Shown here: one piece after another, positions 46,740 through 55,566 of the stretch | How the letters are laid out: each line of letters starts with the position of its first letter | Position numbering within the stretch: position 1 is the stretch's first letter | Origin: an uncultured bacterium | GTDB lineage: Bacteria > Omnitrophota > Omnitrophia > Omnitrophales > Abzuiibacteriaceae | Assembly (NCBI GenBank): GCA_964387845.1 | Contig: CAYLXA010000007.1 | Coordinates: forward strand, 50,481-114,480 | Reading direction: 5' to 3' | Length of the DNA stretch: 64,000 nt | Notes under the pieces: generated by a model | Database searches by the model: none | The model's input: the letters and a program-made list of their open reading frames with translations, nothing else | What the model was told of the DNA's origin: nothing | Position numbers and translations under genes: made by a program

Positions 46740-49010
46740 TCAACCAAATTCGTAACGGCAGCCCAGCACAAATTCACGCGGTGCGGCAGGCGTGACAAAT
46801 AAATAATTGCCCGCCGGCGTGGTGGCAGTTCCGAAAGATTCTGCAATCACGCCTCTCGAGAAATAGCGGTTATCGAGCAGGTTGTTCACCTTGAGAAACA
46901 CCTCAAATTGCTTCCATTCCTGGGAAACCTTTAAATCCCAGACTTGATAAGCTTTAATCCAAGAACCCGTGCTGTTAAGCAGGCTTTGGCTTGCAGTCTC
47001 AAAATTTTGCGGATGCTGGCGGCCGACAAAGATTCCGGTCAACAAAACTTTAAAACCATCGTAGGGCGCCCCTAAACGTTTGAGCGGCTGCGATTCTAAA
47101 CCGAATGTCCATTTATTTTCCGGAACTTGCCCTAAAAATCGATGCGTAAACGGCGAAAATGAGGTTGCGGGATCGTCAACGCCTTTTCGGATAATGGCTC
47201 TTGTGAGCGTATAAGTCACACGGATCAAGACCTCCCGAATCGCCTGCCATTCGCCGCTCAATTCAATTCCGTTCCGGCGCGTTTTCCCGATATTGACGTT
47301 CCGGCCGAATTGATTGATTTGAGACACCGCGCTGCTGTCAAACGCAATTTCATTTTCGGTCGTGATGTCGAAATAAGAAAATTTGACTCTGGCAATATCT
47401 TGATAGCTCAAGCGCGTCCCGGCTTCAAAGCTTTGCGCGGTTTCCGGCATCAAATTTGCCGCACTATCGCCACCGAAGGAATTAAGGTCGCTCAATGCCG
47501 GTGCGCGGAAAGCTTGTGAATAATTCCAAAAAATCTGCCCCCATTTCACCGGGCCCCAGACCGTGCCTGTGGTAATACTCAAATCGCGCCAATGACGGTT
47601 CAGATCATTGCTATGCCTTAAATAATCCTGAATCGCGGTCCAATGAAAACTGCCGCGCAGCCCGAATTCGGCAATGAGCTGGTCAAATAGAGTGACCTTT
47701 TCATGCCCAAAGATTCCGAACGCGGTTGTTTCGCCGCTCCGTAAATTTTCAATCGCAGTACGCTCAACCACCTTGCCGCCGAACGCATCCTGCCGCTTAT
47801 CGTGGGCATGGCCGCGCGTAATTTCTGCGCCGGCCAGAGAATTGGTTTGGATCCAACCAAATTCATCCTGATAAGCCAGCTGCCCGATCAGGTTGTATTC
47901 CTTAGAACGTGTTGTGACGAGATTGGTATCGGGATTAAACCCGTCGGTAAAATCAGTAAAAGTCCGAAATGTGCTCAAGAAACGGATGGTGTTCCTGCGG
48001 GCAGACGCTTGGAGAGATGCATCCAGCCGTTTATCGAGAAATTTTTTGTTGGCATTAATATAAAGAATTTTTTGCTGGGCTTTTCGGCCATCCAGCGGCT
48101 TGATGGTCTGATGATCATCTTTCTTGTACTCTTCAAGCGTTAATTCGCCGGGACTTGAAAGTGCATTCTGAACCGTTCTTAATCCGAACCGGATGCCGCC
48201 ATGCCCGTCTGCAAGTTCGTAACCAGTTTTAAAATCCATCGACGTATCGCGCCACTCGCCGTTTGCACGGAAACCGTCATTCAAATCGCGGCCCATGTTG
48301 AAATAATAATTCCAGGCACCGCCAAGGCCTGTTAATTTGTCTTGGATGGTTCCGCTAACACCATCAAAAAAATGAACGCCGCCGAAACTGGACCAATCAG
48401 CGCCGCCAAAAAATGTAAACGGCTTTTCGCTGGGTTTTCGGGTTGTGATATTGACAACGCCGCTGAAAGCGCCGCTCCCGTAAATCGCAGATGATGAGCC
48501 GCGCGCTACTTCAATAGATTCGATATTGTCCATCCTGAGAAGCGGCAAAAGCATGGAGGTCGACGAATCCACTTCGTTCATACGGACGCCATCGACAAGA
48601 AAAATCGCTTCGTTGCCTTCCGGAAATCCGCGAATCGCGAAAGTCTCATCCAAACCGTTTCCGATTTGATCAAACACATGAACGCCTTCCAGGTCCTTCA
48701 CGGCTTCCTGAAAACTGCGCGGACGGCGGGCTGTTAAGTCGCTTTCGGACCGGACAGAAACATTTGAGGTGAATTCTTTTTGATCATTTTTGAAAACCGG
48801 CAGGCGCGAGGCAGTCACTAAGACCGTATCGCTATCGGTTTTGAGTTGACTAACATCACGGCTTGTCCCGAGAAAATTACCAAAAGCTTCGGAAAGCCAT
48901 GATTTTTTGGAAGATGCTTCGGCTGTAACTTTTGAATCCGCCGAAAAACCTGAGGAACTTAAACTAAAGACAAGCAGAAAACTAGAGACAACAAGGGTAT
49001 GCCTTTTCAT
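46740..49010 (-). CDS. btuB: TonB-dependent outer-membrane receptor, probably corrinoid/BtuB-type
   Basis: 756 aa; signal peptide, plug and beta-barrel, C-terminal aromatic; immediately downstream of a cobalamin riboswitch. Confidence 0.6.
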   Translation of the reverse strand: MKRHTLVVSSFLLVFSLSSSGFSADSKVTAEASSKKSWLSEAFGNFLGTSRDVSQLKTDSDTVLVTASRLPVFKNDQKEFTSNVSVRSESDLTARRPRSFQEAVKDLEGVHVFDQIGNGLDETFAIRGFPEGNEAIFLVDGVRMNEVDSSTSMLLPLLRMDNIESIEVARGSSSAIYGSGAFSGVVNITTRKPSEKPFTFFGGADWSSFGGVHFFDGVSGTIQDKLTGLGGAWNYYFNMGRDLNDGFRANGEWRDTSMDFKTGYELADGHGGIRFGLRTVQNALSSPGELTLEEYKKDDHQTIKPLDGRKAQQKILYINANKKFLDKRLDASLQASARRNTIRFLSTFRTFTDFTDGFNPDTNLVTTRSKEYNLIGQLAYQDEFGWIQTNSLAGAEITRGHAHDKRQDAFGGKVVERTAIENLRSGETTAFGIFGHEKVTLFDQLIAEFGLRGSFHWTAIQDYLRHSNDLNRHWRDLSITTGTVWGPVKWGQIFWNYSQAFRAPALSDLNSFGGDSAANLMPETAQSFEAGTRLSYQDIARVKFSYFDITTENEIAFDSSAVSQINQFGRNVNIGKTRRNGIELSGEWQAIREVLIRVTYTLTRAIIRKGVDDPATSFSPFTHRFLGQVPENKWTFGLESQPLKRLGAPYDGFKVLLTGIFVGRQHPQNFETASQSLLNSTGSWIKAYQVWDLKVSQEWKQFEVFLKVNNLLDNRYFSRGVIAESFGTATTPAGNYLFVTPAAPREFVLGCRYEFG

Positions 49011-49091
49011 TTTTCTCTCCTTTACCCGCGTAAAGAAATCAAGAAATCGTCGCGCTCAATTATCTTGGGATGATTGAGTGCCTTCGTTAGG

Positions 49092-49330
49092 GCCGAGGTC
49101 TCCGGACTTGTGCCTATGCCAACTGAACTGTCATCCTGAGGCGTTAGCCGAAGGATCTAAACTTAGATTCTTCGCTTCGCTCAGAATGACAATATTGGTT
49201 CCTACTCACTGCGTCTTCCCGCTGATTTTCATCAGCAGTGACACTAATGCAGCTTTCGTTGCACTTACCGTTGCGGGGCAGCCATGGATTTGCACCATGT
49301 TCCCTCACTTGCCTAAAACGGTTTTCTCGC
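49092..49330 (-). ncRNA. Cobalamin (B12) riboswitch
   Basis: Minus strand has core GGGAAcatGGTGcAAATCCatgGCTGCCCCGCAACGGTAAG and 3' B12 box AAGTCCGGAGACCTCGGCC; SD AAAGGAG of the receptor lies just downstream. Confidence 0.8.
49130..49190. repeat. Palindromic MITE/REP-like element (GTCATCCTGAG...CTCAGAATGAC), copy inside riboswitch
   Basis: About 61-nt imperfect inverted repeat; related copies at 52291-52344 and 62654-62680. Confidence 0.6.
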
Positions 49331-49362
49331 TTTCAAAGATCTTGTTAAATTAAAGCGAAGGA

Positions 49363-49391
49363 AGTTTATAAAATTAAAAAAGCAAGGTCAA
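49363..49391 (-). promoter_or_regulatory. Promoter TTGACC-17-TAAACT driving riboswitch-btuB transcript
   Basis: Minus strand TTGACCttgcttttttaattttaTAAACT about 30 nt upstream of the riboswitch 5' end. Confidence 0.45.
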
Positions 49392-49404
49392 CAACTTTTT
49401 TGAT

Positions 49405-49977
49405 TTAAAAATCAATTCCGAGCTGTGCGGGTAAGTTTTGGTCTTTGAAAGGATGCTTCACTTCGCGCATTTCGGTCACAAGATCTGCGGCTTCTATTAA
49501 TTCCGGCTTGGCGTTGCGCCCCGTCAGAATCACGTGAATATCCGGAGATTTCTTGCGGAGAACTTCAAGCACTTCTTGGATATTTAAATAGTCGTAATCG
49601 ACAACATAATTGATTTCATCAAATATAAGAAGCTGATACTTGCCGCTTGCAAGCTTGTCTTTACAGAGCTGCCAGGCTTCCTGGACTAATTTTTGATCAC
49701 GCGCACGGTCTTTGGTATCCCAGGTGAATCCCTCGCCTTTTTTGTGGATTTCGAAGTCGGCCCCAAGTTTTTCTGCGATTTTATGCTCGCCGCTCGTCCA
49801 GTTTCCTTTGATGAATTGAATCATGCAGACTTTCATGCCGGTGCCGAGCGCACGCAAAGCAACACCGAGCGCAGCCGTGGTTTTCCCTTTGCCGTCGCCG
49901 GTGTTAACAATAATCAAACCTTTTTTCTTTTTGAGAAGAGAGGGGTCTATCTGGGGTTTTGACTGCGGAGATTCCAT
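49405..49977 (-). CDS. cobO: Cob(I)yrinic acid a,c-diamide / corrinoid adenosyltransferase (CobO/BtuR type)
   Basis: 190 aa; P-loop GDGKGKTTAALG and CobA/CobO family pattern. Confidence 0.85.
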   Translation of the reverse strand: MESPQSKPQIDPSLLKKKKGLIIVNTGDGKGKTTAALGVALRALGTGMKVCMIQFIKGNWTSGEHKIAEKLGADFEIHKKGEGFTWDTKDRARDQKLVQEAWQLCKDKLASGKYQLLIFDEINYVVDYDYLNIQEVLEVLRKKSPDIHVILTGRNAKPELIEAADLVTEMREVKHPFKDQNLPAQLGIDF

Positions 49978-49997
49978 ATAAACAAATACAACATCAA

Positions 49998-50459
49998 TCA
50001 GGCATTAAACCAACCGGTATCAATATCGCGGATAAGCGGGTCCATCGGGATAAAGAAAGTGGCAGCTTCAATGGCGCCGGCCGCTGCCCGCATAGCAAAC
50101 CACGCAACCCCTTTAATTGAACCTGCCGTAACAGCCGCAACCGGATGCGTTTTCTCAATTTCTCTTCCTGTTTGGTAAAAAAGCTCCAACGGGCTCAAAG
50201 CAACGTTGCCGATGCCATGCCCAAAGCGATCAACAGAACGCGTCAAATAATTGCCTTCAATGCTTTTAACTTCGACCTGCGGCGGCTTGGGCGCTTCCGG
50301 AGCCGGCTTTTCCATTTCCGTAGGTGCTGTTTGTGCTTCAACGGCAGCGGACGTTTCAGAGGGTTGCGTTTCCGGAGAAGGCGCTCCGGCTTCTTCCGCA
50401 GTGAGTGTGCTCATCGAAATGAAAAGTGCGAGAATTAAAAATGCCAATAACTTTTTCAT
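49998..50459 (-). CDS. Hypothetical exported protein (Pro/Glu/Ala-rich linker plus small C-terminal domain)
   Basis: 153 aa; signal peptide MKKLLAFLILALFISMSTLTA. Confidence 0.4.
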   Translation of the reverse strand: MKKLLAFLILALFISMSTLTAEEAGAPSPETQPSETSAAVEAQTAPTEMEKPAPEAPKPPQVEVKSIEGNYLTRSVDRFGHGIGNVALSPLELFYQTGREIEKTHPVAAVTAGSIKGVAWFAMRAAAGAIEAATFFIPMDPLIRDIDTGWFNA

Positions 50460-50502
50460 GATATCTCCTTGTCGTTTTAAAAAATCGATGAATTCGTCCG
50501 GG

Positions 50503-51111
50503 CTACTTCTTATGACCGGCTTTCCAATTCTCCAGAAAATGATAAACGCCTTTGGCCATCATATCAATTTCTAAATTCACGGGATCACCCCGCTTTTTTG
50601 ATCCGATGGTCGTCGCCCGGATGGTTTCCGGGATAATGGCCGCTTCGACTGAATCCGGGTTCAGCTTTTGGATGGTCAAACTGATGCCATCCACCGCAAT
50701 AGAACCTTTCGGCACAAAATAGCGAATTATTGAGGGCGGAATGGCAATCGCAAGAAGCAAATTCCCGCCGCGTACGGTTTTTCTCCTAATTTTTCCGACG
50801 CCGTCCACATGCCCCGAAACAAAATGCCCGCCCAGCCGGTCCATCGCCCTCAGCGACCTTTCCAAATTGACCCGGCTTCCCTTTTTCCATTTTCCGGCCG
50901 TCGTATCCCGTAAAGTTTCGGGCACCACATCTACCGAAAACGAATCATCATGTATCTCGATCACGGTCAGGCAAATTCCGCTCACGGAAATACTTTCGCC
51001 CAGTTCCAGCGAATCCGGCCACGGCTCCGATTCAATCGTGAGGCGGATCCCGCTCCGTTTTTTTTCCTTTTTAATAATAACGCCCGTTTTTTCAATGATG
51101 CCGCTGAACAT
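50503..51111 (-). CDS. ribE: Riboflavin synthase
   Basis: 202 aa; MFSGIIE.. start, two lumazine-binding repeats. Confidence 0.85.
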   Translation of the reverse strand: MFSGIIEKTGVIIKKEKKRSGIRLTIESEPWPDSLELGESISVSGICLTVIEIHDDSFSVDVVPETLRDTTAGKWKKGSRVNLERSLRAMDRLGGHFVSGHVDGVGKIRRKTVRGGNLLLAIAIPPSIIRYFVPKGSIAVDGISLTIQKLNPDSVEAAIIPETIRATTIGSKKRGDPVNLEIDMMAKGVYHFLENWKAGHKK

Positions 51112-52280
51112 TATGAAAGTTCTCCCGAAATCACCATATCTTCACCGATTTGCTGCATTTTTTGATTTCGAAGGCGGACGGCTTGGCCGATTTTCGAAAT
51201 TCCACTTCCCTCGATTGAGGTTTTTGCATTTCTACCGCCGATAATTTTCGGCGCAATCACAAAATAAATTTCATCCGCCAGCTTTTGTTCCAGGAAGCTT
51301 GCCGCCACTTCACCGCCGCCTTCAACCAAAATCGACGTGACACCGAGCTTTCCCAATTTTTCTAAAACGGAATTTAAATTGAGCCGCTGATGCCCATTCA
51401 TGGAAACGGGCAGAATCGAAACGGAATTTTTCGAGAATTTTTTAACCGCTTGTTTTAAATGAGAATCGGCACAAACCAGAATCGCGGTTGAATCATTGCG
51501 GAAAATAGCCGCCGATTTTGAAATTTCGGCTTTCGTATCCAGCACGATTTTCCACGGCTGAAACCCCCTCACCCTTCCCTCTCCCTGAGGGAGAGGGGAA
51601 CCTTTTTTTATTTTTATTCCCTCTCCCGCTTGCGGGAGAGGGGTGGGGGTGAGGGATCGAACCGTTAATTTCGGATTATCGCGCAGCACCGTATTTTTGC
51701 CGACCAAAACCGCATCGACCTGAGACCGCAGCCGGTGCGCAAAGGTTCTGGCTGCTTCGCTCGAAATCCATTTAGAATCGCCCGTGTGTGTTGCGATTTT
51801 GCCATCGATGCTTTGCGCCAGTTTCAAAATAACGTACGGCTTACGCTTGAGAATCCACTTCCGAAAAGCGCGCGTCTGGCTTTCGGCTTCCTCCCGCAGC
51901 ACGCCGGTTTTCACTCGGATCCCGGCTTTTTTTAAAATCCGGATTCCATTTCCGTTATGCTTGGGATTAGGATCGGGCGCCGCGATGACGACTGTTTTGA
52001 TGCCGCTCCGGATGATGGATTGGACGCACGGCGGTGTTTTTCCCCAGCTCGAACAAGGTTCTAACGTCACATAAAGCGTTGCGCCGCGCGCACGCGTGCC
52101 GGCTTTTTTGAGTGCGCCCAATTCAGCATGTGCGCCGCCGTAAAATTGATGAAAGCCTTCGGAAATGATTTTCTGATTTTTAACAACGCAGGCGCCCACA
52201 ACGGGATTGGGGCTCGTAAATCCTCGGCCGCGTTCGGCCAGCGCCAAAGCGCGCTTCATGAATGTATCGTGATTTTTCAT
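51111..52280 (-). CDS. ribD: Bifunctional riboflavin biosynthesis deaminase/reductase RibD, carrying an in-frame ~30-aa insert
   Basis: 389 aa; CMP/dCMP deaminase zinc motif plus RibD_C reductase; insert SLTPTPLPQAGEGIKIKKGSPLPQGEGRVRGF lies in a variable loop. Confidence 0.9.
   Translation of the reverse strand: MKNHDTFMKRALALAERGRGFTSPNPVVGACVVKNQKIISEGFHQFYGGAHAELGALKKAGTRARGATLYVTLEPCSSWGKTPPCVQSIIRSGIKTVVIAAPDPNPKHNGNGIRILKKAGIRVKTGVLREEAESQTRAFRKWILKRKPYVILKLAQSIDGKIATHTGDSKWISSEAARTFAHRLRSQVDAVLVGKNTVLRDNPKLTVRSLTPTPLPQAGEGIKIKKGSPLPQGEGRVRGFQPWKIVLDTKAEISKSAAIFRNDSTAILVCADSHLKQAVKKFSKNSVSILPVSMNGHQRLNLNSVLEKLGKLGVTSILVEGGGEVAASFLEQKLADEIYFVIAPKIIGGRNAKTSIEGSGISKIGQAVRLRNQKMQQIGEDMVISGELS
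51564..51655. repeat. Nested palindromic element inside ribD coding sequence
   Basis: Outer inverted repeat CCCCCTCACCC...GGGTGGGGGTGAGGG enclosing hairpins CCCTCTCCC-tga-GGGAGAGGG and CCCTCTCCCgcttgcGGGAGAGGG; length keeps the ribD frame. Confidence 0.6.
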
Positions 52281-52290
52281 GGTTCAATTC

Positions 52291-52344
52291 GTCATTCTGA
52301 GGCGAAGCCGAAGAATCTAGATCCTTCGCTTCGCTCAGGATGAC
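52291..52344. repeat. Palindromic MITE/REP-like element filling the nusB-ribD spacer
   Basis: GTCATTCTGAGGCGAAGCCGAAGAATCTAG / ATCCTTCGCTTCGCTCAGGATGAC inverted arms; same family as 49130-49190. Confidence 0.6.
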
Positions 52345-52350
52345 GGTTTT

Positions 52351-52773
52351 TTATGTTTGTTTCGATTTCGCGGATTCCGTGTGACAAATTTTATCGAGCA
52401 CGCCGTTGACAAACTTGCCGGATTCTTCCTGCGAATATTTTTTTGCTAAATTGACGGCTTCATTGATTGAAACTTTGGGCGGGATGTCATCCATAAACAA
52501 AAGTTCATAGGTAGAATAACGAAGAATATTGCGGTCGACGATGGCCATACGGTCCAAATTCCAATTTTCCGCGTAACGCGCCAGGACCTCGTCGATTTGA
52601 GAGCGTTTTTCGATCGTACCTTTGACGATTTTTTCCGTAAATCCCTTCACTTCGTCCGAAGCATCGTTGGTTTTCCAAAATTCCTGCAGGACCTGATCCG
52701 CAGAATATTGGGTCATTTCGATTTCATACAAAAGCTGGATAACGTATTCACGTGATTGTGTGCGTTTGCGCAT
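52351..52773 (-). CDS. nusB: Transcription antitermination factor NusB
   Basis: 140 aa; NusB fold, embedded in the rib operon. Confidence 0.85.
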   Translation of the reverse strand: MRKRTQSREYVIQLLYEIEMTQYSADQVLQEFWKTNDASDEVKGFTEKIVKGTIEKRSQIDEVLARYAENWNLDRMAIVDRNILRYSTYELLFMDDIPPKVSINEAVNLAKKYSQEESGKFVNGVLDKICHTESAKSKQT

Positions 52774-52796
52774 AAATGTAACAAAGAGCGTTGAGA

Positions 52797-53369
52797 CTAA
52801 ACCAAAAAGTTTGATTTTAAATGTTTGGCGCTTTCCTCTAATTTTTGTCTTAACTCGGAATCGGAAATTAAATTCGCCATTTCAAGCGCCGACGTTGCGG
52901 CCTCGCGGCCTTTATTCCCCATTTTGCCGCCTGCGCGCGCGACGGCTTGTTCGTAATTGTTGACGGTCAGAAGGCCGAAACCGACCGGAATTTGATAATC
53001 CATCATGACGCGCACGATGGCATCCGTCGTGGACTGCGCAATGTGTTTGTAATTGGAAGTTTCGCCGCGGACAATGCAGCCGAGCGCCAAAAGCGCGTGA
53101 AAACTGACGATCCCGAACGGCGACAATTCTTTTTTATGCGTCCGCTCACCGCCGCGGCCACGCTTGGCAAGCGCCTGCAGTGCCAGCGGAATTTCAAAAG
53201 CACCGGGCACCCACAAGACTTCAATTTCGACGTCCGAAACGCCCGAACGCCTCAATTGATTGAGTGCGCCATCCAAAAGCTGTTTGGTCACCGTTTCGTT
53301 AAAGCGCGACACGGCGATCCCGAAGCGCTTTCCTTTTCCGATTAAATTACCTTCTCTCACGGTTGACAT
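52797..53369 (-). CDS. ribH: 6,7-dimethyl-8-ribityllumazine synthase
   Basis: 190 aa; [14 protein letters not shown] start motif; about 20-aa insertion relative to typical 155-aa forms. Confidence 0.85.
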   Translation of the reverse strand: MSTVREGNLIGKGKRFGIAVSRFNETVTKQLLDGALNQLRRSGVSDVEIEVLWVPGAFEIPLALQALAKRGRGGERTHKKELSPFGIVSFHALLALGCIVRGETSNYKHIAQSTTDAIVRVMMDYQIPVGFGLLTVNNYEQAVARAGGKMGNKGREAATSALEMANLISDSELRQKLEESAKHLKSNFLV

Positions 53370-54571
53370 CAGACACCATCCAACAAATGATCGAGTTTGT
53401 TTTTCTTGGCCTGCAAATATTTCTTGTTGTGCTCATTCACCGGAAGTTCCAAATGAACTCTCTCAGCCACATGCAATCCATGGCCTTCTAAACCCACAAT
53501 TTTGCGCGGATTGTTCGTCAAAAGGCGGATTTTCGAAAGCCCGAGGTCTTTCAAAATTTGCGCGCCGGTTCCGTAATCGCGAAGATCCGGTTTGAAGCCG
53601 AGTTTTTCATTGGCTTCGACCGTATCGAGCCCCTCGTCCTGAAGCTGGTAAGCTTTTAATTTATTCGCAAGCCCTATGCCGCGGCCTTCCTGGCGGATAT
53701 AAAGCAGGACGCCCTTGCCTTCTTTTTCAATCGCTGCCATCGCCGCATCGAGCTGCTCGCGGCAATCACAGCGCAAAGAACCGAGCACTTCGCTCGTGAA
53801 ACATTCCGAATGGACGCGCACAAGCGTCGGATTTTCATTCACTTCGCCTTTCACAAGCGCCACATGTTCAAAACCATCCACGAGCGATTTGTACAACTTG
53901 ATCGTCCAATTTCCGAATTGGGTCGGAATGTTGGCTTCAGAAATTTTTTCGATTAATTTTTCAGAGCGCCTGCGGTATTCAATCAGCGATTGAATCGAAC
54001 TGATTTTCAGGTCATGCTTCTTTGCAAAATCCAAAAGTTCCTGCTTGCGCGCCATCGTTCCGTCGTCGTTGACGATTTCGCAAATCACGGCCGCCGGATG
54101 TAGCCCCGCAAGCTTTGCTAAATCAACGGAAGCTTCGGTGTGTCCCGCGCGAATCAAAACACCGCCCGGCTTTGCACGCAGCGGGAAAATATGGCCCGGA
54201 GAAACCAGGTCCGAAGGTTTTGATTTGGGATCTGCCAAAAGTTCAACGGTACGAGCGCGGTCAAACGCTGAAATACCGGTCGTCACACCAAGTTTTGCAT
54301 CCACCGAAACGGTGAACGCGGTTTTCATCGGATCTTCCATCTTGGCAACCATGTCGCGAAGCCCGAGCGTTTCAAGCCGCTCATCCGAAAGCGGCGTGCA
54401 AATCAGCCCGCGCGCATGCTTCATCATAAAATTGATTTTCTCAGGGCTGACAAACTGCGCCGCAAAAACAAGGTCGCCTTCGTTTTCGCGCGATTCGTCA
54501 TCCGTCATGATGACCATTTTGCCGGCTTGAATATCAGCGATGATTTCTTCTATAGAATTGAACGGGTGCAT
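53369..54571 (-). CDS. ribBA: Bifunctional DHBP synthase / GTP cyclohydrolase II
   Basis: 400 aa; RibB N-half and RibA C-half with zinc Cys motif CDCREQL. Confidence 0.9.
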   Translation of the reverse strand: MHPFNSIEEIIADIQAGKMVIMTDDESRENEGDLVFAAQFVSPEKINFMMKHARGLICTPLSDERLETLGLRDMVAKMEDPMKTAFTVSVDAKLGVTTGISAFDRARTVELLADPKSKPSDLVSPGHIFPLRAKPGGVLIRAGHTEASVDLAKLAGLHPAAVICEIVNDDGTMARKQELLDFAKKHDLKISSIQSLIEYRRRSEKLIEKISEANIPTQFGNWTIKLYKSLVDGFEHVALVKGEVNENPTLVRVHSECFTSEVLGSLRCDCREQLDAAMAAIEKEGKGVLLYIRQEGRGIGLANKLKAYQLQDEGLDTVEANEKLGFKPDLRDYGTGAQILKDLGLSKIRLLTNNPRKIVGLEGHGLHVAERVHLELPVNEHNKKYLQAKKNKLDHLLDGV

Positions 54572-54660
54572 GGGTTTTCCTTAAGCGAAAATTTTAACAC
54601 ACCTCGGGCTTTAAGTGTAATTTGTGTTGAAATTATCATAACCTTTTTACTGATAATGGT

Positions 54661-55566
54661 TTATGATAATTTTTTTAGGAGAGAATCAAAATCCTGAGGG
54701 ATTTCGGAGTCAAACGAAAGCTTTTTTTTCGTCACAGGATGCAGGAAACCGAGGGATTTGGCATGCAGCGCCTGGCGCTTGATGAGTGGCGACGCCGTCC
54801 CGTAAACCGTATCGCCCAAGACCGGAAGGTGTAAATGATGCAAATGCACACGGATTTGATGCGTCCGTCCGGTTTCGGGGCGCGCCTCCAGGAGCGTCGC
54901 GGTCTTAAACCGCTTGAGGACTTTAAAATTCGTCGCCGATTCCCGTCCGCCCTCAGTCTGCACCACAACTTTCTTTCGGTTTGCCGGCGAACGCCCGAGC
55001 GGCGCTTCGCAGCGCATTTCATCGTGCTCGGCCGCGCCTTTCACGACCACCCAATAAATTTTTTCGATTTTATGCTGCTTAAACTGCCGCGCGAGCACTG
55101 CGTGCGCTTCGTCATTTTTCGCAATCACCATCAAACCCGACGTATCTTTATCAAGCCGGTGGACGATTCCGGCCCGGATATCGCCGCCTGATTTGGATAA
55201 ATGTTTGGTGTGATGAAGAAGCGCATTCACGAGCGTGCCCGACTCGTTTCCGCACGCCGGATGCACGACCAGTCCCGCCGGCTTGTTGACAACCAAAATG
55301 TCTTTGTCTTCAAACACAACTTCAATCGGAATTTCTTCGGCGCGTGTTTCGGCCTGTTTTACGTCTTCGTGCACAATTTCAATCGATTGATCCGGATAGA
55401 GAAGAAAATTCGGCTTCACCGGCTGGCCGTTCACCGTGACGGCGCCTTTCAGGATTAACTCTTTGACTTTGGTCCGCGAATACCGGTCGGCGAAAACGGC
55501 GGCCAGATACGCATCCACCCGCTTTTCCCGGACCGATTCGGGAACTTGAATCGTTTCAACGGCCAT
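54661..55566 (-). CDS. rluD: 23S rRNA pseudouridine synthase, RluA family with S4 domain (RluD-like)
   Basis: 301 aa; S4 domain then HRLDKDTSGLMV catalytic motif. Confidence 0.8.
   Translation of the reverse strand: MAVETIQVPESVREKRVDAYLAAVFADRYSRTKVKELILKGAVTVNGQPVKPNFLLYPDQSIEIVHEDVKQAETRAEEIPIEVVFEDKDILVVNKPAGLVVHPACGNESGTLVNALLHHTKHLSKSGGDIRAGIVHRLDKDTSGLMVIAKNDEAHAVLARQFKQHKIEKIYWVVVKGAAEHDEMRCEAPLGRSPANRKKVVVQTEGGRESATNFKVLKRFKTATLLEARPETGRTHQIRVHLHHLHLPVLGDTVYGTASPLIKRQALHAKSLGFLHPVTKKKLSFDSEIPQDFDSLLKKLS

Noticed and set aside
54572-54660. Possible FMN riboswitch upstream of ribBA
   Set aside because: The leader is only ~90 nt and lacks the conserved FMN-element motifs.
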